In this document: positions 24,931-38,680 of the stretch, piece by piece
Layout: the number at the start of each line of letters is the position of its first letter
How positions within the stretch are numbered: position 1 is the stretch's first letter
Origin: Phoronis australis
Taxonomy: Eukaryota; Animalia; Phoronida
DNA: 64,000 bases
Direction: 5' to 3'
Assembly (NCBI GenBank): GCA_002633005.1
Contig: NMRA01000100.1
Coordinates: 268,497-332,496 of the forward strand
Notes under the pieces: model-generated
What the model was told of the DNA's origin: nothing
Seen by the model: the letters and a program-made list of their open reading frames with translations, nothing else
The model's database searches: none
Translations under genes and position numbers: made by a program

Positions 24931-25609
24931 AAGCTTTAAAAAAGGAATTTAAGTTGTTTTTGTAAATAGTCATTTTTCCACTACACCAGACTTGTCATTT
25001 TTTGTAACCATGCCACAGTTTAATGATCATGCTACGTTTAGAAATAAGTGCAAGCTACTTTTATTCAGTGAAACTTTAGAAAAATGCGAACTTCATCAAA
25101 ACCTAACTTAAATGTCTTAATGGTGTAAGTTCGTGCATTAATTTGACTTAGACACATCCCTCCACCTACCGGAGGTAACTGCTTGCCTTGGACAAGATGA
25201 GTGGGTAGCCTACTTGATCTTTAAATCTGAGTTTATTTAATCGAAATATTTCGTTCAAAGATTAGAAAAACGTAAACAGTGCTATCGACTCGACTTTCTT
25301 TACTCGGGAGTCCTATGGCTACGGGAAGTTGTGATCTACTTTTCGTTTGGCGGATTTTAGCAGACGACAAGATAAAATATCGGTGAATGTTCTCTGATAA
25401 AAATATTTCCAGGTGATCAGTGCAATCGGCCAACAGGCGAGGCCTGCGCACGTCTGGTACAACGTGTATCAGATCGCCTGCAATTATTCTATTTTTTCTC
25501 TGATTTTGTTCGAAAGATCCTGAAATCTATGGCATCGTACATTGAGATAATTCCGCTTTAAAGTACATACCCAGCTCCCTCTAACAGGTGATGTGTTGTG
25601 ATCTAACGT

Positions 25610-25968
25610 AACAAGCGCAGGTGGCGCAAACTACGTTGAATCCATCCGAAAACGGGAGGACAGCGTCATCTCACTAATAGGTGCCTATATACCAAATTTT
25701 ATGAAACTCCGATCAGGACTTTTGAAGATACAGAGGTAAACGCAAAAAAAATAAAATTGCCACTAGGGGCACACCGGTAGTCGGATACGTCCGAAAGTTC
25801 GCTCATGCCGTCCCATCCACGAAAGGAACACATCTGCAAAATTTCATGAAGATACATCAAGGCGTTTTAGAGATAGCGCAGCGGACGCCGGACGGACGGA
25901 CGGACGGGCGGACGGACGGACGGAGATGACGGCCTGCGTCCACATATAAATATGTGGGCGCATAAAAA
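25610..25968 (+). mobile_element. Helentron-associated non-autonomous element (HINE; DINE-1/CvA/PEARL-like)
   Basis: Starts aacaag; two core repeats with (a)aaattt(t/c)atgaa; (GACG)n tetranucleotide tract; 3' stem-loop tgcgtccacatat-aa-atatgtgggcgca followed by taaaaa. Confidence 0.65.
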
Positions 25969-26140
25969 GGCGTAGGAACAAGTCTATGCTGACCAATGAC
26001 TGACCCCAATGTATTAACAGCTGTAATTAATAAATTCCATTTGACAATAAGTTGGATATTTGTAAGCTAATTGACTTCAATTACAATTTTTGTTGATCAA
26101 GTTTATGCATAATGTCAAAGTGACTATATTTAATCTTCAA

Positions 26141-26515
26141 AGGGACATTATCCGAGAGAAAAGGACACATCTGAGATCATGATTAGCCTCGGCGTGAAAT
26201 CCAACCCGGAGCTCCCTCTCTCGGTAGCAGTATCAAACCATAGACATCACACTATAGTATTAATATGTCTATGGTCTCAAACCCTCTGCTAGCGGAGCGA
26301 AATCTCACTCGCCTCATTATTTATCGGGCAAAGTCACCGGGGTTGATTTCAGCGAATGTCTGGTAGACAACGGTGATACTATTGGCAAGTTGTAATAAAA
26401 TCACAGAAACAACCGAATTTGTTGTCTACTAGATGTGGTTCAAGTCATTGACAATCCAAGAAGTCTGTCACATCCAAGGATAATCACAAAATGCGTTTTT
26501 GGCCGTCATGTCCCT
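26141..26515. mobile_element. Kolobok-like non-autonomous element
   Basis: TIR agggacat...atgtccct; flanks tcaa/ttaa. Confidence 0.55.
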
Positions 26516-28234
26516 TTAACTTCTTCTAAACTTGATGAACTTACAAGCACCTGTATTCATCGTAACACCTGTGTCCAATTACAAGAACTTTGAATACATG
26601 TACACTAATATAATTATGATATGGTTTATGTGGCAGTGGGCCAGCGCCTCCTACGGGCAAGACCAAAAACGTCGTTGGTGTGTCGCTTTGAGGGGCCAAG
26701 TAGACATTTTCCTTCATAAATCATAGTTGGACGCATTAATACATCCGAGATCCACTAGTGCAACATATGTGCTATTATTTCTTACCCTATTAACATATAG
26801 AAAGTATAAAACCCAATAATGTGCTTACGGTCAACACATGCTTTCAATGCCGACTTTACTTACTGACGTAGAAATCAAATAAAGCCTATAATAGCCCGAC
26901 TTCACACTTTACTAACGTGTATAAAAGTTTTGGGACTTTAAACTGCACTTGAAGGTAGAATGTCGATAATATTGATTATTACACTACGAATTTCATTACA
27001 ACCAATTAAACAAATTATATACCCTTGAACCGCGAACTTTTATAAATGCAACTTTCTACTGACGATTCATAAACCAACTAGTTTCAATTGGAACTCAAAC
27101 GCAGCAGTATACTTCAAATAAACGAGCGTAACCGGGTATTTTGACAGCATCAAACAGATCTGAGTATTTATTGTGCGGTAATGCAACATCTAAGAATCCC
27201 TCTGCAGGGGCAAACGGCAAACTAAGGGTGGTTTGCACAACTATTACTACTGATCAGAACCCTTACCACCCTCCACCCCCCCCCCCTCCCCCACTAAAAA
27301 CACCACGAACCATAAAAACTCTTACCACTCACAGTGAATCCTTACCACGGACGCTAGACGACAACCAGTCACAGAGCAACTTACCGCGGACAAACAGGGA
27401 AATGCGCTACCTGGTGGCCAGAGGTCAATTCTTTTTTGTAAAGAAAATTGATTTAATCACCGTTATTTGGCTTCAGTTTTACAGACTTATAGAACAATGT
27501 CATTACTTAAAGCCACTATAAACCATTCTCTTGTGGTGATAAAAACAACTTTCTTCAGAGACGTGTTTAAACTTCGAAAGTTACGGCATCGCAAGCAAAA
27601 CATGTGTACATGCGCCATTTTCGAATCGCGATTTCAGGGTTAGGCAACCCTAAACAATTCTCAAGCGTTTTCTTTAGTACCCCAAGCCCCCTATGGCGCA
27701 CCGCCCATGAGAAAGCGCGGGTTTATTCCACCTTGGTTTTAGATTAGAAGCATCACTTTAGGCGTTGCTGTACGATCCAAGGCCAGATTGAAAATCATGG
27801 GTGGCGCAGCACTGAAAAAAGTGGGGGGCTAAAGCCCCTTCAGCCCCCCTGTGGTGCACCGCCTATAGACCATGTGCGGTGAAGTACTGAAGTACTGAAA
27901 AAGTGGGGGGTCTATAGCTCCCCCCCCCCCCAGCCCCCTATGGTGCGCCGCCCATGTTCGCCATTCTGCAATGTATTGATATGCTATGATTCGAACACAG
28001 TAACGACTTAGACACTGGGTCCCGCACTTCGGCCACTTCCACTAAAATTGTCGGCGGTAAGATTGCGTTAGTGTGGTTGGAATTTAGTTTCCGCGGTAAG
28101 GGTAATACCCGTTGTAAAGAGTTTGTTTCCCCAGCTTGATGAGTGAGATCTCCCGTATTTTGACATTTCATAACCACGAGCACCACTCCTTGTCATGATG
28201 AGGCGCTTAATACTCAAAACAATTAAAACCCTCG

Positions 28235-28494
28235 TCATAAAGTGTTACACTTGTTGCCATCACAACCCTGCTTTAACAGGTTACTGCGACAGGTGTCGTC
28301 CACTTCGTCCTTGCTGGAAGTACTGCCGTCTTCAACGTAAGCCACTTGTTTCACTATTGAATCGCGTGAGTCGAAGTCGTCCGTATGTCGCTGCACGACT
28401 GGCACAGATACCATTAGCAGTCCAGAGATCACGATGACACAACCCCCGAAATAGAACGGAACATCAAAACTTCCGGTGAGTTCGGACAACCAGC
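28235..28494 (-). CDS. SLC16/monocarboxylate-transporter family MFS protein, last coding exon
   Basis: ttttcag|GC TGG TTG TCC GAA; GWLSELTGSFDVPFYFGGCVIVISGLLMVSV (TM12)...NTL*; phase 1. Confidence 0.93.
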
Positions 28495-29295
28495 CTGAAA
28501 ATGGATGTACGAGTTAGTATTTGCGCAAGGCTCATTCTTCAACTAGACACCCATTCACTGCTATTGATAGTTCGCCTTTAAAGTTTACACAAGGCTAAAC
28601 GGTGTTGCGGATGCTGAGCACCTCCGCAGGGCAACATTTAGGTATATATTGAACCAGCAAATACAATACCACAACACAAGCCAACATTAACATCGTTAAA
28701 GGTTATGCAGGCTCCAAAATGTCCAAAATTGCCGGGCTAACTTCAGAATAACGTCTTTCAGAAATGGCTGATGAGATTCACACGAAACTTCTAGAGAATT
28801 CATGTTTTTGCACTGTACTCCAAAACGCTGTTCGGATTGTTTCTTTGCATTTTTCACATTTGCCTGAGAGCATATCTTGCGAGACACTGCGAGAGACAGT
28901 AGCAACAGCTCTATTTATATCAACATATATTACAATGATTAATAAATTGGAAATTCAACTAAGAGACCTTCTATAAATGATTTTCTACCGCTATCAATAA
29001 GGTCCCGTTTATACATGTAAACATATGAAAAATAGAAAAATCAACAAAAATATACAAAAAAAGAAAAAGAGAAAAAAATGAGAGATGCTTGAAAAACACA
29101 TTCATTTGTTTTTCTTCCACAGTTTCTCGTCCCAAGTGTCTTGTACATTATTGTGTTAGTAGAAGCGCTCCCTGGTCAACACAATTTCGCATGGAATACT
29201 ACTTTCAATAAGATACACGCAGCAAAATGTCATGGGAACAGAGGAGGACTAAACTAGTAAGCCTTTAAAAGATTACGTCACGTGTTTTTACTCAC

Positions 29296-30039
29296 CAGCA
29301 ACAGGAGGTCCTATCATTGCTCCAGCTCCGTCAGCAAACATGATGTACCCAAATGCGCTAGTTAACTTATCAATGCCAACCATCTGCGTAGTAATGACAG
29401 CGAGAAGTCCCACTTGAAGGCCAAAAAAGAGTCCGTAACCTGCACTGAGTCCCGCCATGGCAACATACGAACAACTCAAAGGGAAAAGTCCCACAGCCAG
29501 ACCAGAGACAATATTAGCAAAGATAAATATGTATAGTCTGTTACAATACTTTTGTGTGAATACTGATGATATCGAAGCTGTTAACCGTCCGAGCGTGTTG
29601 GCGACGCCAATGACAGCCAAGAGAAACGCCGCGTTATCTTTGTCCACACGACAACTCTTAGCGTAGTCTGTGACTTGAACGAAAAATTGCAGAGACCCGA
29701 TGTTCCACATAATGTTATTTAAAATGAAAATGATGAAGATGGGCTTGATGAGTAACGAAACGTCCAGCAGCTTATGAACAGATACTCGTTGCTCGCTGGA
29801 AACGTTTAAGGGGATCATCAGTGCACCGCACACGCACACGTGCAGAAATATTCCGCCGGTGATCAACAGTGCTCCTCGCCAATCATATATGTCAATCAAC
29901 TTCTGAAGGCTGGGTCCCAGTATTAGACTGCCCACTCCGCAACCAGATACCGCAAATGACATTGCTATTCCAAGTTTCTTGTCGAAGTACATGCCGACCG
30001 TGACCACGGAGGGAACGTACGCCATGCAGTAGGCGACGC
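29296..30039 (-). CDS. SLC16/MCT transporter, third coding exon (TM4-TM11)
   Basis: ttcttaacag|GC GTC...GCT G|gtgagt; 744 bp; YFDKKLGIAMSFAVSGCGVG, YDWRGALLITGG and GAMIGPPVAG motifs. Confidence 0.96.
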
Positions 30040-30287
30040 CTGTTAAGAAAAACAGAGCTTGAATTAAAAACGCAAGAAACGTAGAATCATGATTGTAAAG
30101 CACTGTCTACAAGCTGTTTTTGATAACTATCTCTCATGTAGAGCAGATGAGCTACATGTATGTGGCACTACTAGTCAAGCAATAGAATGAACACAAGAAT
30201 GGTGACTGCAATTGGTGTTATTTTTGGAAAATGAGAGCAGCAAAAGTTTACAGTAATGCATAGTATTGTTCGTGAGAGTTAAATGAT

Positions 30288-30700
30288 CAGGGCCCGGTCT
30301 CCAATCCTTTTACTCGAAATGGAACTCGAAATTAGGTTTGGCATTTTCTGCTCTACTTTTGGGCGAACTCAAGATAAGTGTCTATTATTCTATGCTCGAG
30401 TACGCAATAACTTACGTACATGTAAATAATTTATTGCCCTTAGTTCACAGTTTGTAAACCCAATATTAAAGCAATAAGTTCGTGTTTGAACTCGAAATCT
30501 CGAGTTTTTACTCGAGTTTGTAGCACGAATATAAGGGTCTTCAAGGGCAAACTTGAACTAGAAACTCCTATGCATAAACTATAATGTATTTGAGGACAGT
30601 CTGATAACTAATTATCTTAAGTTCGCACAAAAGGAGCAGAGAAATTGCCAAAAATAGTTTTGAGTTCGTTTCCAGTACAAAGATTAGAGACCGGGCCCTG
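30288..30700. mobile_element. Long-TIR MITE (CAGGGCCCGGTCTC termini); near-identical copy at 62085-62491
   Basis: Ends cagggcccggtctccaatc...gattagagaccgggccctg with extended internal inverted symmetry; flanks at/at. Confidence 0.9.
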
Positions 30701-32458
30701 ATATCGCATAATTCCAATCAGTCACGCCCCAAAACAACAATTACTCGTCGCCTATTTGTCGCGCATGGTACAGGTATTCCCGCTTTATTTCCAAAGAGTC
30801 TCGAAATCTCTGCTGTCTCGCTATGAAAAATCGGTTTATCTAAAAATATGGTCTTACGTAGAGACTGGTTGCAGCGGGTAGGAAAGCACTCATACCTGCG
30901 CAGTTATTGTGACAGACTCTCAGAGCATGCTGCGAAAAATCTAAAAGGGATATCTCAAACCCGAGTGGCTGCTGCATTTACAAAACAGTGGACTGAGAAA
31001 GCTGACTTGGATATTCTCCCCTGGGCATGCCGGGGTCGCCGGACAACTTAGCGGGAAATGCACCGATACAGAGCGCCCTCAGATTGGGAGAGAGTGAGAT
31101 TGTAGGAGCGCTTAGAGAGATGGAGCCACAGGAGAATGGAGATGCGATTGACAGAATGCAGCTGTTTGAATATGAGAGAGGCTGTGGTGCTGATAGTCGG
31201 TTACATAGCCGGGCAAGACGACTGTGTAATCAGCAGTTGGTTAGAGTGGTTAGTCAAAGGAACTTGTCTGACTTGGTGACGTGTAAAGCCGAGCATCTAT
31301 GGGTCTGCCCCGAGTGTGACGACGCTGGTTCTGCACCCAAGTAATACCCAAGTAAGTCAACGGTGTATTCTTTTCCTTCCGTTGGTATTTTCAGTTGATA
31401 GAAATTGCGGAATTGACAATAGCCGCATGAACGCTCGCCGATTGCGGAAATTTTGGCAGAATGGAATTGTGCATTTATTCCGTTAAGCTTTTTTTCTCGA
31501 GTGAACGGGCCTTGAGACAACGGTATATGCCCTAACTGAAAATCCAAAATATTGCACTGAACAATCATGGATACTCAGTTGCATGTACTATATTAAGAAT
31601 ATAATATAGGACTTAAATGACAAGTCTGTGCACTCATCCAAGTACCTGCAAATCTGTGAAATTTAACTCGGGGAAAGGTACATATTTTCTGAAAGAAAAA
31701 CGACTGCCATCGATTGGGTCACGTGGCCGTGTCTTTTCAGTGAAATTTAGCAAAAAAATAAAGAGCGGCATGAATAATACAACCAAAGTCCGTTTGATGA
31801 AAATGTTTTTCAAGATGAAACCTCAAGACCGCTTTTACAATTTTCTAAATTATCATTTCGATATTGTACTACGCAGCTCTTGTTTTTTCAAGGAAATCAC
31901 GAAGTACTATCCTATTTTTAATACCCCCTAATCCAAAAGCGAAACATCTTAAAAACCATTCCTAACGGCGTTTTGAAGAACAATGCAAGAAACAAACTAC
32001 TTGAAAGTTTCATAGCAGATCCGTTCTCATATTTATGAGATGCACCACTGCACATGTATCATGTTCCGAAGATAGCCAAATCTGGATTTTTTCCAGGGGC
32101 CTACTTGTCATCTATCATGTCACGCCATCCTACAGTGTTATTCAGCTCATTTTCACCTTTATCTAGTTTCTTTCAAACCTCTCATTCCTCCTGTATAATT
32201 ATTCACAATTTATTATTTATTCGTAATATTTATTTTCTTTGATTTTTAATTTGTGAATGGCCACCACGGGAATAAGTGTTTTAATTTTTGGTGTTATCCA
32301 GATAGTGTATATAATTATTTTAATAAATTTCTTGTACCTTGTACCTATCACTGTATAGATTATTGTAATTATGTATATTATAAAGTAAACTAATAATAGT
32401 ACCTAACCTGAAAACCATGAATTTATTAACTTTCATAATAGCATAATATTGTTCTCAC

Positions 32459-32602
32459 CAGTGACGATTCCAAAGGATACGCAGAGGAAATAGACATCGG
32501 TAGCGAAGGAGCTAATGACCAAACCAGCAGCACCAAGAATTCCGCCTGCTATTATGACTTTCCGTGCATCAAAGTAGTTGACGAGTAAGCTTACCAAAGG
32601 GC
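32459..32602 (-). CDS. SLC16/MCT transporter, second coding exon
   Basis: cttgatag|GC CCT TTG...ACT G|gtgag; 144 bp, phase 1/1; GPLVSLLVNYFDARKVIIAGGILGAAGLVISSFATDVYFLCVSFGIVTG. Not in the ORF track. Confidence 0.95.
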
Positions 32603-35600
32603 CTATCAAGTAAAATAAAATAGAACAACTGAACTCCTCTTTAGGGTCAAAGGGTTAACTTCCGAAAGGCCACTTTCCATAACAAGAGCAAAAAGTTGAA
32701 ATGCTCTCGCGATTGCACAGCAATGTTTCGTGACCACTAGGGGGTGAAGAATATGTCGAACGCGTCTAAAAATGCGATGGCCTCGTTGTCTCCCCAAAGG
32801 TACTTGTAACAGCTGTTACATTTTACGTCATTGTTACAGACTTTGCTAAGCCTCTCCTAAATTGTGACAAGTTGTAGGCGTACTTTTTGTAAACGAGGGA
32901 GTTGAGATTTAAAATCTAGTTTAGATTTGCGCCACTTCAAAAATTGCTTATTTCTGAACTATCGGCAAGCACGCTATTGTTTGTAAATGTAACTGAATCT
33001 ATCTGTAGATTGCCAAGAAAACTGAATTCAGACTAATCTTTTATTTGCGATTTACATCTAAACGTGAGGTAACCCACCGTGTTATCATTTTTTGTCTCCT
33101 GTTGAAAACGTTCCATTTCAAAGAACTGTGGCTCATTCCAAGATGATGTGTAAATTCAAAAATTGCGTTAAGTTGAACTCTGGAGGCAGACATTTTTGAG
33201 AACTACCGACTAGTCGGCTATGGCTGCGGTCGCTGGGTTATTAGAATAGTTGGTACATACAAAACAAGCAACAATTTTATGTGGAATGGGCCCCAGTATT
33301 CTTAGAAAAGCACAGTGATTTAACTGAGTGTTTTGAACTAGGTTTCATTTGTAAGTGGATTGTATGGAACAAAAAACGGCCAACGTCGAAGTCAGCGATG
33401 TTTAATATGTGCTTTTTATGCGGTGTATCAAAAGGATTAATAAACCAAATTGCCGTATCTGTTTACAACCACGCGTGTTGTTGACAGCGAGCTGCAACAC
33501 AAAAAATGGCGCCTCACGAGGCACGTGGCTTCACGTCCATTAAATTCTAGAATGCCCAACCTCTATCTTTATTTACATCTCCTTCGGACTAACAAACATT
33601 AACCAAATAGCTATTTCAATTGATATTTTATGTTAAAAGACAATAGAAAGAGAAAATGCATGTTTTTGTAGTCAGCTTTTTCGGTCTATTGCCCCTATAA
33701 ACTATCGACCTAGACCCGGTTTGAGCAAAATGATCACGTCCTTATTTCCCCAGCTAGGCCTCACATTTTTAGTTGTACACATGTCACGGTTTGATCTGTT
33801 GTGACCACAACTATTTCAGACAGGTTTGACATCATAGAAACAATGACATTTCTTTCAGCTTTTAAGCTGTTTAAAACACGTTACTATGCCGCCAATGCCA
33901 CCACTTTTTTAAACTATTGGCGTCCTTCTCAAAGGCGATCTTTTGCCGTTGCAGAGGGGAAATCTGTCAACCTCTCCGGAAATAAATTATGCGTGCATTT
34001 ATATCCTTCCGCCACAATGTCTTTAAGAAATTGTCATTCGTAACTAAGGAGGTAGACAGAACCCATCGGCATCAGCAACTTTGGTCTTGCTCCTATTGTG
34101 TGGAGCATTACTGATGACTCCAAGGCAATAAGACACCGGCTGAAATAAATTAAAATATGATGTACTGCAACGAGTATTTTTTCTATCAAATTGGCTTCCG
34201 AAATTGAATTCTCCGTGACAAAAAATTGTTATTGTCGTCTGTTTCCGAAGAAATACCGATAAACATTAGCCAAAATACGATGTCACTGTTTCTGTTGTGT
34301 TGGCCAAGAGAAGTGTGTTTACTGTAATGTCGGATACAAAATTGGTTTATGATCTGTAAGCGCCAACAAAAAATTGCAAGAAAGGTTTAACAATAAAAAC
34401 TTGTTACCTGATCCTGGAAACTCCGTTCGTCTGGAGTTAAAACTGTGTAGGGTACATTTTTAACTAAATCAAGAAACTACTAATGTTAAAAAACAATGGA
34501 AAGAACATAAGACTCATCTATAAATTCGAGTTGGCACATCTGATAGAATTTCATTCAAACAATCCGAGAAAAAAGGCGTTTAGTGAGTGATCCGTTTTTT
34601 CCGTGTGACAAATACGATGCTCATGAAATATGACGTCGCTTTCGTAAAATGTAATAATGGTACATTTCTCGCATGTGCATTCGACGTAAATTGAAACAAT
34701 TATATAATATATAACAGCTTGTTGCCTTTCATGAATTTATTACATTTTACGGCGTATCACAGCTCTCATAAAGCTCGGAAACCATTTCGTATGTAAAAAG
34801 AACAGTGTGAGTCCAGTTTCAAATTGTCGAATGATCTGCGCGAAACCCATTTTACACATGACGGATTTATAGCAGTTCAAAGCTGAATTTCGCCGTGTTT
34901 AGCAGGCTAAAACAAAAGAATTAGTGTTTTATTGTCACGTAATCCATCTCATAATATTCCTTACCGCGGTAGCAGTGCTGCAATGGGGCGTAGAAACACG
35001 TAGGCGCAGCCAACCACCTTTTGGCATTTGAACGTAGCGCTTACTCACCGTAAGTTACGTTCAGTGCTCAATGTGATACGACGGCTTTGGGCGCCTACTT
35101 ACCTCTAATTTTACCACTACACCACTGCGCGGTAGGATTCTATTTTCGCTACCAACAAAAACATCGAAACCGTCAACGACACGAGAAAGCGCTTCAGAAT
35201 GTGTTGGTGTTGACCAGCCCTGAAGTTGCGGAACGAAAATGGCGCATGTGACTTGAGCGGCTGTCTCATTCGGCATCAATTCAAGATAGGATGAGCGTGG
35301 TAGCGTTTTTAAACACCAAAGCGCTTCAGTTATGACTTCAACATTGATAGCTTAACAAGGTAGAAACGCAACTTTAAATCAAATAAAACTTGTTAAATAA
35401 AAACACCGCCTCAAATGTACAGCATTTTTTAATAATCGCAACAGTAAGAGCTGACACCGTTAACACAGAATAAGCGCGGCTTTGCATGAAATAGAACCAA
35501 AAACTTTAATGAGGATTGTCTGGAAGGACGAGTAAAATCTCACACTTTTTATATTTATTTAGATCCAAGAACAGTCACGGTCATGTATTAAACAAATGTT

Positions 35601-35894
35601 GCTGTACCGGTTTCATGGCGAAATATTAACTATATTATCAATGTATGGAGTATGTTAGAAGCGATTATGGTTACTGCAACGAGCAGTTATGAACGCGGTA
35701 CAAAGTTCCGGTTGCAAATTTAGAAGCTCGTTTAACAGGTTATAGAGTCGGTGCGTCCAATTATGTCTCCCTGAAGGTGTCGGGTGCATTCGAGTCACAT
35801 AACTATAACACGTGCAAAATGCAAACATAGTTCAAATTCTGCTTCGTGTAGCCTTTCTGTCTGACAATTTACAGAAGAAAACATTATCGCTTAA

Positions 35895-36225
35895 AACTGC
35901 ATTTCGACCCGGCCTACTGAGCTGGTTAAAACGAAAAAGGAATTAGAACTTTTACTCGCATAAAATCGGTCCCATATTATTCATTACCGTGATGGATGTA
36001 TTTCCATTGCTATCAAGAACATCGAAACACTCTCAGTCACGTATAAAAACGCTTCGGTGTTTATTGGGCCGCCAACTGTAAAAATTGCTGATAAGCATTG
36101 CCTTTGATTTAGTTGGTGGTGGAAATGGAATCATATTACTGTGTGGAATATGAAACCAATTTTGTGAGAATAAAAGACCTGATTCGGCTATCGTTTTTGG
36201 CCACCTAAACAGGCAAAATACAGCT
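35895..36225. mobile_element. TTAA-flanked Kolobok-like MITE in an SLC16 intron
   Basis: ttaa|aactgcattt...aaatacagct|ttaa. Confidence 0.5.
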
Positions 36226-36391
36226 TTAAGAAACGATTACTTGCTGATCACGTTACTATCAGTTTTCAGCAAAATAATAAACATTAGTACCCGCATGCAA
36301 TAGCATTTCAATCTTTTATCGTTGAACCTACTAAATGTAGAAAGAACAACAAGAACGGTGACACAGGGGACAACTGAGAACAAATGTTTAC

Positions 36392-36596
36392 CTGCACCAA
36401 ACAGCAGACCTGTGTTCAGTGAACCAATCCATGCCGTGAGACTCTTGCCTGTGTTGAAATGGTCCATAAACGCCACATAATAGACCCCAAACGAGAACGG
36501 CAGACCGAGACTGAGGACTTGACAGAAGAAGGAAGCCAACATGACAACCCATCCGTAGCCCCCATCAGGCGGTGGTCTTAGCTTTACTCCTAACAT
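36392..36596 (-). CDS. SLC16/MCT transporter, first recognised coding exon
   Basis: MLGVKLRPPPDGGYGWVVMLASFF...TAWIGSLNTGLLFGA G|gtaaac; PDGGYGW is the SLC16 TM1 signature. The exon may instead start at an acceptor at 36589. Confidence 0.93.
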
Positions 36597-38366
36597 GAAA
36601 TAAAGAAATTGATAAATTATTTAGGTTTTGCTAGGCACGGAGCTGTAAAAAAAACTTTGCCGAAGTAATTCCGTGGCCTCCATATGATCATATGGGACAA
36701 CAGCTGTGACGTGTTACCATGTGTTAATGCGCAATTAAAGGGCCGTCCCGGATAACACGGCTAAAGGACGCACCTTTGACCTGGAGGTAAAAAGGCACGT
36801 GACTTCGTTTCGGAAATCGAGCACATCGATTCGAGTGTCGCTGTATAAGCCGTCTGTTTGGCCCGTTTGATCACAGACAAGCGATTCATTATAAGTTCTA
36901 TCACGGGGAAACGAATAAATGCATTTTAAGTAAGTCCAGATTTTATTCATTCACTCATTTTTACTTTTCAATGGCTAAATATGACTAGACCTCAAGTTGT
37001 GATGACGTAATAACAAATCATAAAGTGTTCATTTTACCATCAGATCCGCTAATTATGATTCCTAAAAAGGGAAACGATAAAGGTGCCAGCGTTCTTCGTG
37101 AAATTGGTCAACGTATAAATGTGCTTCGGTAGTGGCAAATCGCCTGGTGACGTCGCATACCCACTGCCTTCGACACTTCTGTGTCTAGTTCAGTTTCCTG
37201 TGCCGTTATGGCAACGGGCCAGTCCAGGAGAAGCTACGATGGTCGAGAATTCTTTAAAATCGACTAATGCAAGTTTCATCGAGCTCCGTCAAATAGTCTG
37301 AGAGATAAAGGGGACAAACAAGTAACTCCGGAAGAAAGATGAAGGGGGAGGGGGGCGGGGGGGGGCGTCAATAATATACGCTGACAACTGAAAATTTTGG
37401 CGGGGAATGAGAGCAGAAAAATAATGATTTCGACAAATTTTTGTTTGCCAAAGTTTCGCCTTTCGCTCTGGACAACAGAATAACCGAAACAATGAGTCTT
37501 GAACACCAAAAAAGATTTAAAAGATACATAACCAATCTCTGAAAGCATTGTGAAGCGTTCTGAATGAGGAGCCTGAAGTCAACACTGTGAAATTATTGCT
37601 TATTAAATTGCTGGCTTATGATTACCTGCTTTATTACATGTATATGTTATGTAACGTACGTGATGATAACTGTGGGTTATTAGTATGTCGAGATACGTGA
37701 TAAGCAAGCCGATTTAAACGAGGGCGAAGCCCCAGAATTTAAATCGGCTTTACTCATAAAGTAATCGCTGACACGTTTTCTCATTTAGTACACTACTGGT
37801 CCTGGTCAACAATCCGGACAAACACGAAAACCGAGACAGAAAGCACTTTTACGATGGTCAATCGACAAGTAACCCTAGTGAGCTCACCAATGGCTGATTT
37901 TTGTTAAAACGCATTTTTTGTGGAATGATAAAGATTATTGACGGCAAAAAGTCATTAACAGCAGTCATGGAAATAACACCTTTGAATCGATAACACGCAC
38001 CGTCTCTAAAAGGTAAGTTTTTCCACGGTTAAAGTCACCCTCCATGGTCCATGACAATTAATTGTCAAATAATTTCCACCCGACATCGAGGGAATGGAAG
38101 AGGAGTGGGTGTCTAATAAACAAGTTGTAAATCAATCACTCGTCTTTTTCGCCAAAAATGCAATTGACATGACGTGATAAAATGCTAGTAAATCTATGTT
38201 TTCTTACACAAAGAAGCTTGTAGACTGGAACATAGGTAACGTCGTCCTAATCATGCGAGTTTATTATCAGCCAAGACTAATACATGTATATTTAGAACTG
38301 TAGTGCGGGTTATAAAATTAGCCAAATGCGATAAAGACAACCCCAGTCCCCCAGCTGCTGTAACTG

Positions 38367-38680
38367 GCCGGGGGGTACTCCAATAGAAGCGATAGAAGCG
38401 GTATACAGGACGTGCCGCTCACACGGGAGACTTCTTCACGACCACTGAGTTTCTCGGGACAACATAGTGTCCGTTCTTGTACTGTCTCAGGCTTAATCTG
38501 TTGACAACTAATCCTAACGAAAGGGGTGTGTTTATGGAACAAAGCTACACGAAAGGGTAATTCTTACAAGGAAGGTGGTTGCAAACGTGTCCCTTTCTTG
38601 AATAAAGTCTCTAAATGTGTGGGAAAATAATTTCCCTGTTGCTCAGACCCCCTTAAAAATATGGTCGAGTATCCCCCGGG
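38367..38680. mobile_element. MITE with CCCGGGGG(G/A)TACTC termini, possible 3-bp TSD
   Basis: gccggggggtactc...gagtatcccccggg; flanks ctg/ctg. Confidence 0.55.

Noticed and set aside
30848-31344. Two overlapping ORFs ending in WVCPEC (PHD-like)
   Set aside because: Only a partial zinc-finger motif, frameshifted and intronic; probably a transposon relic, but not assignable.
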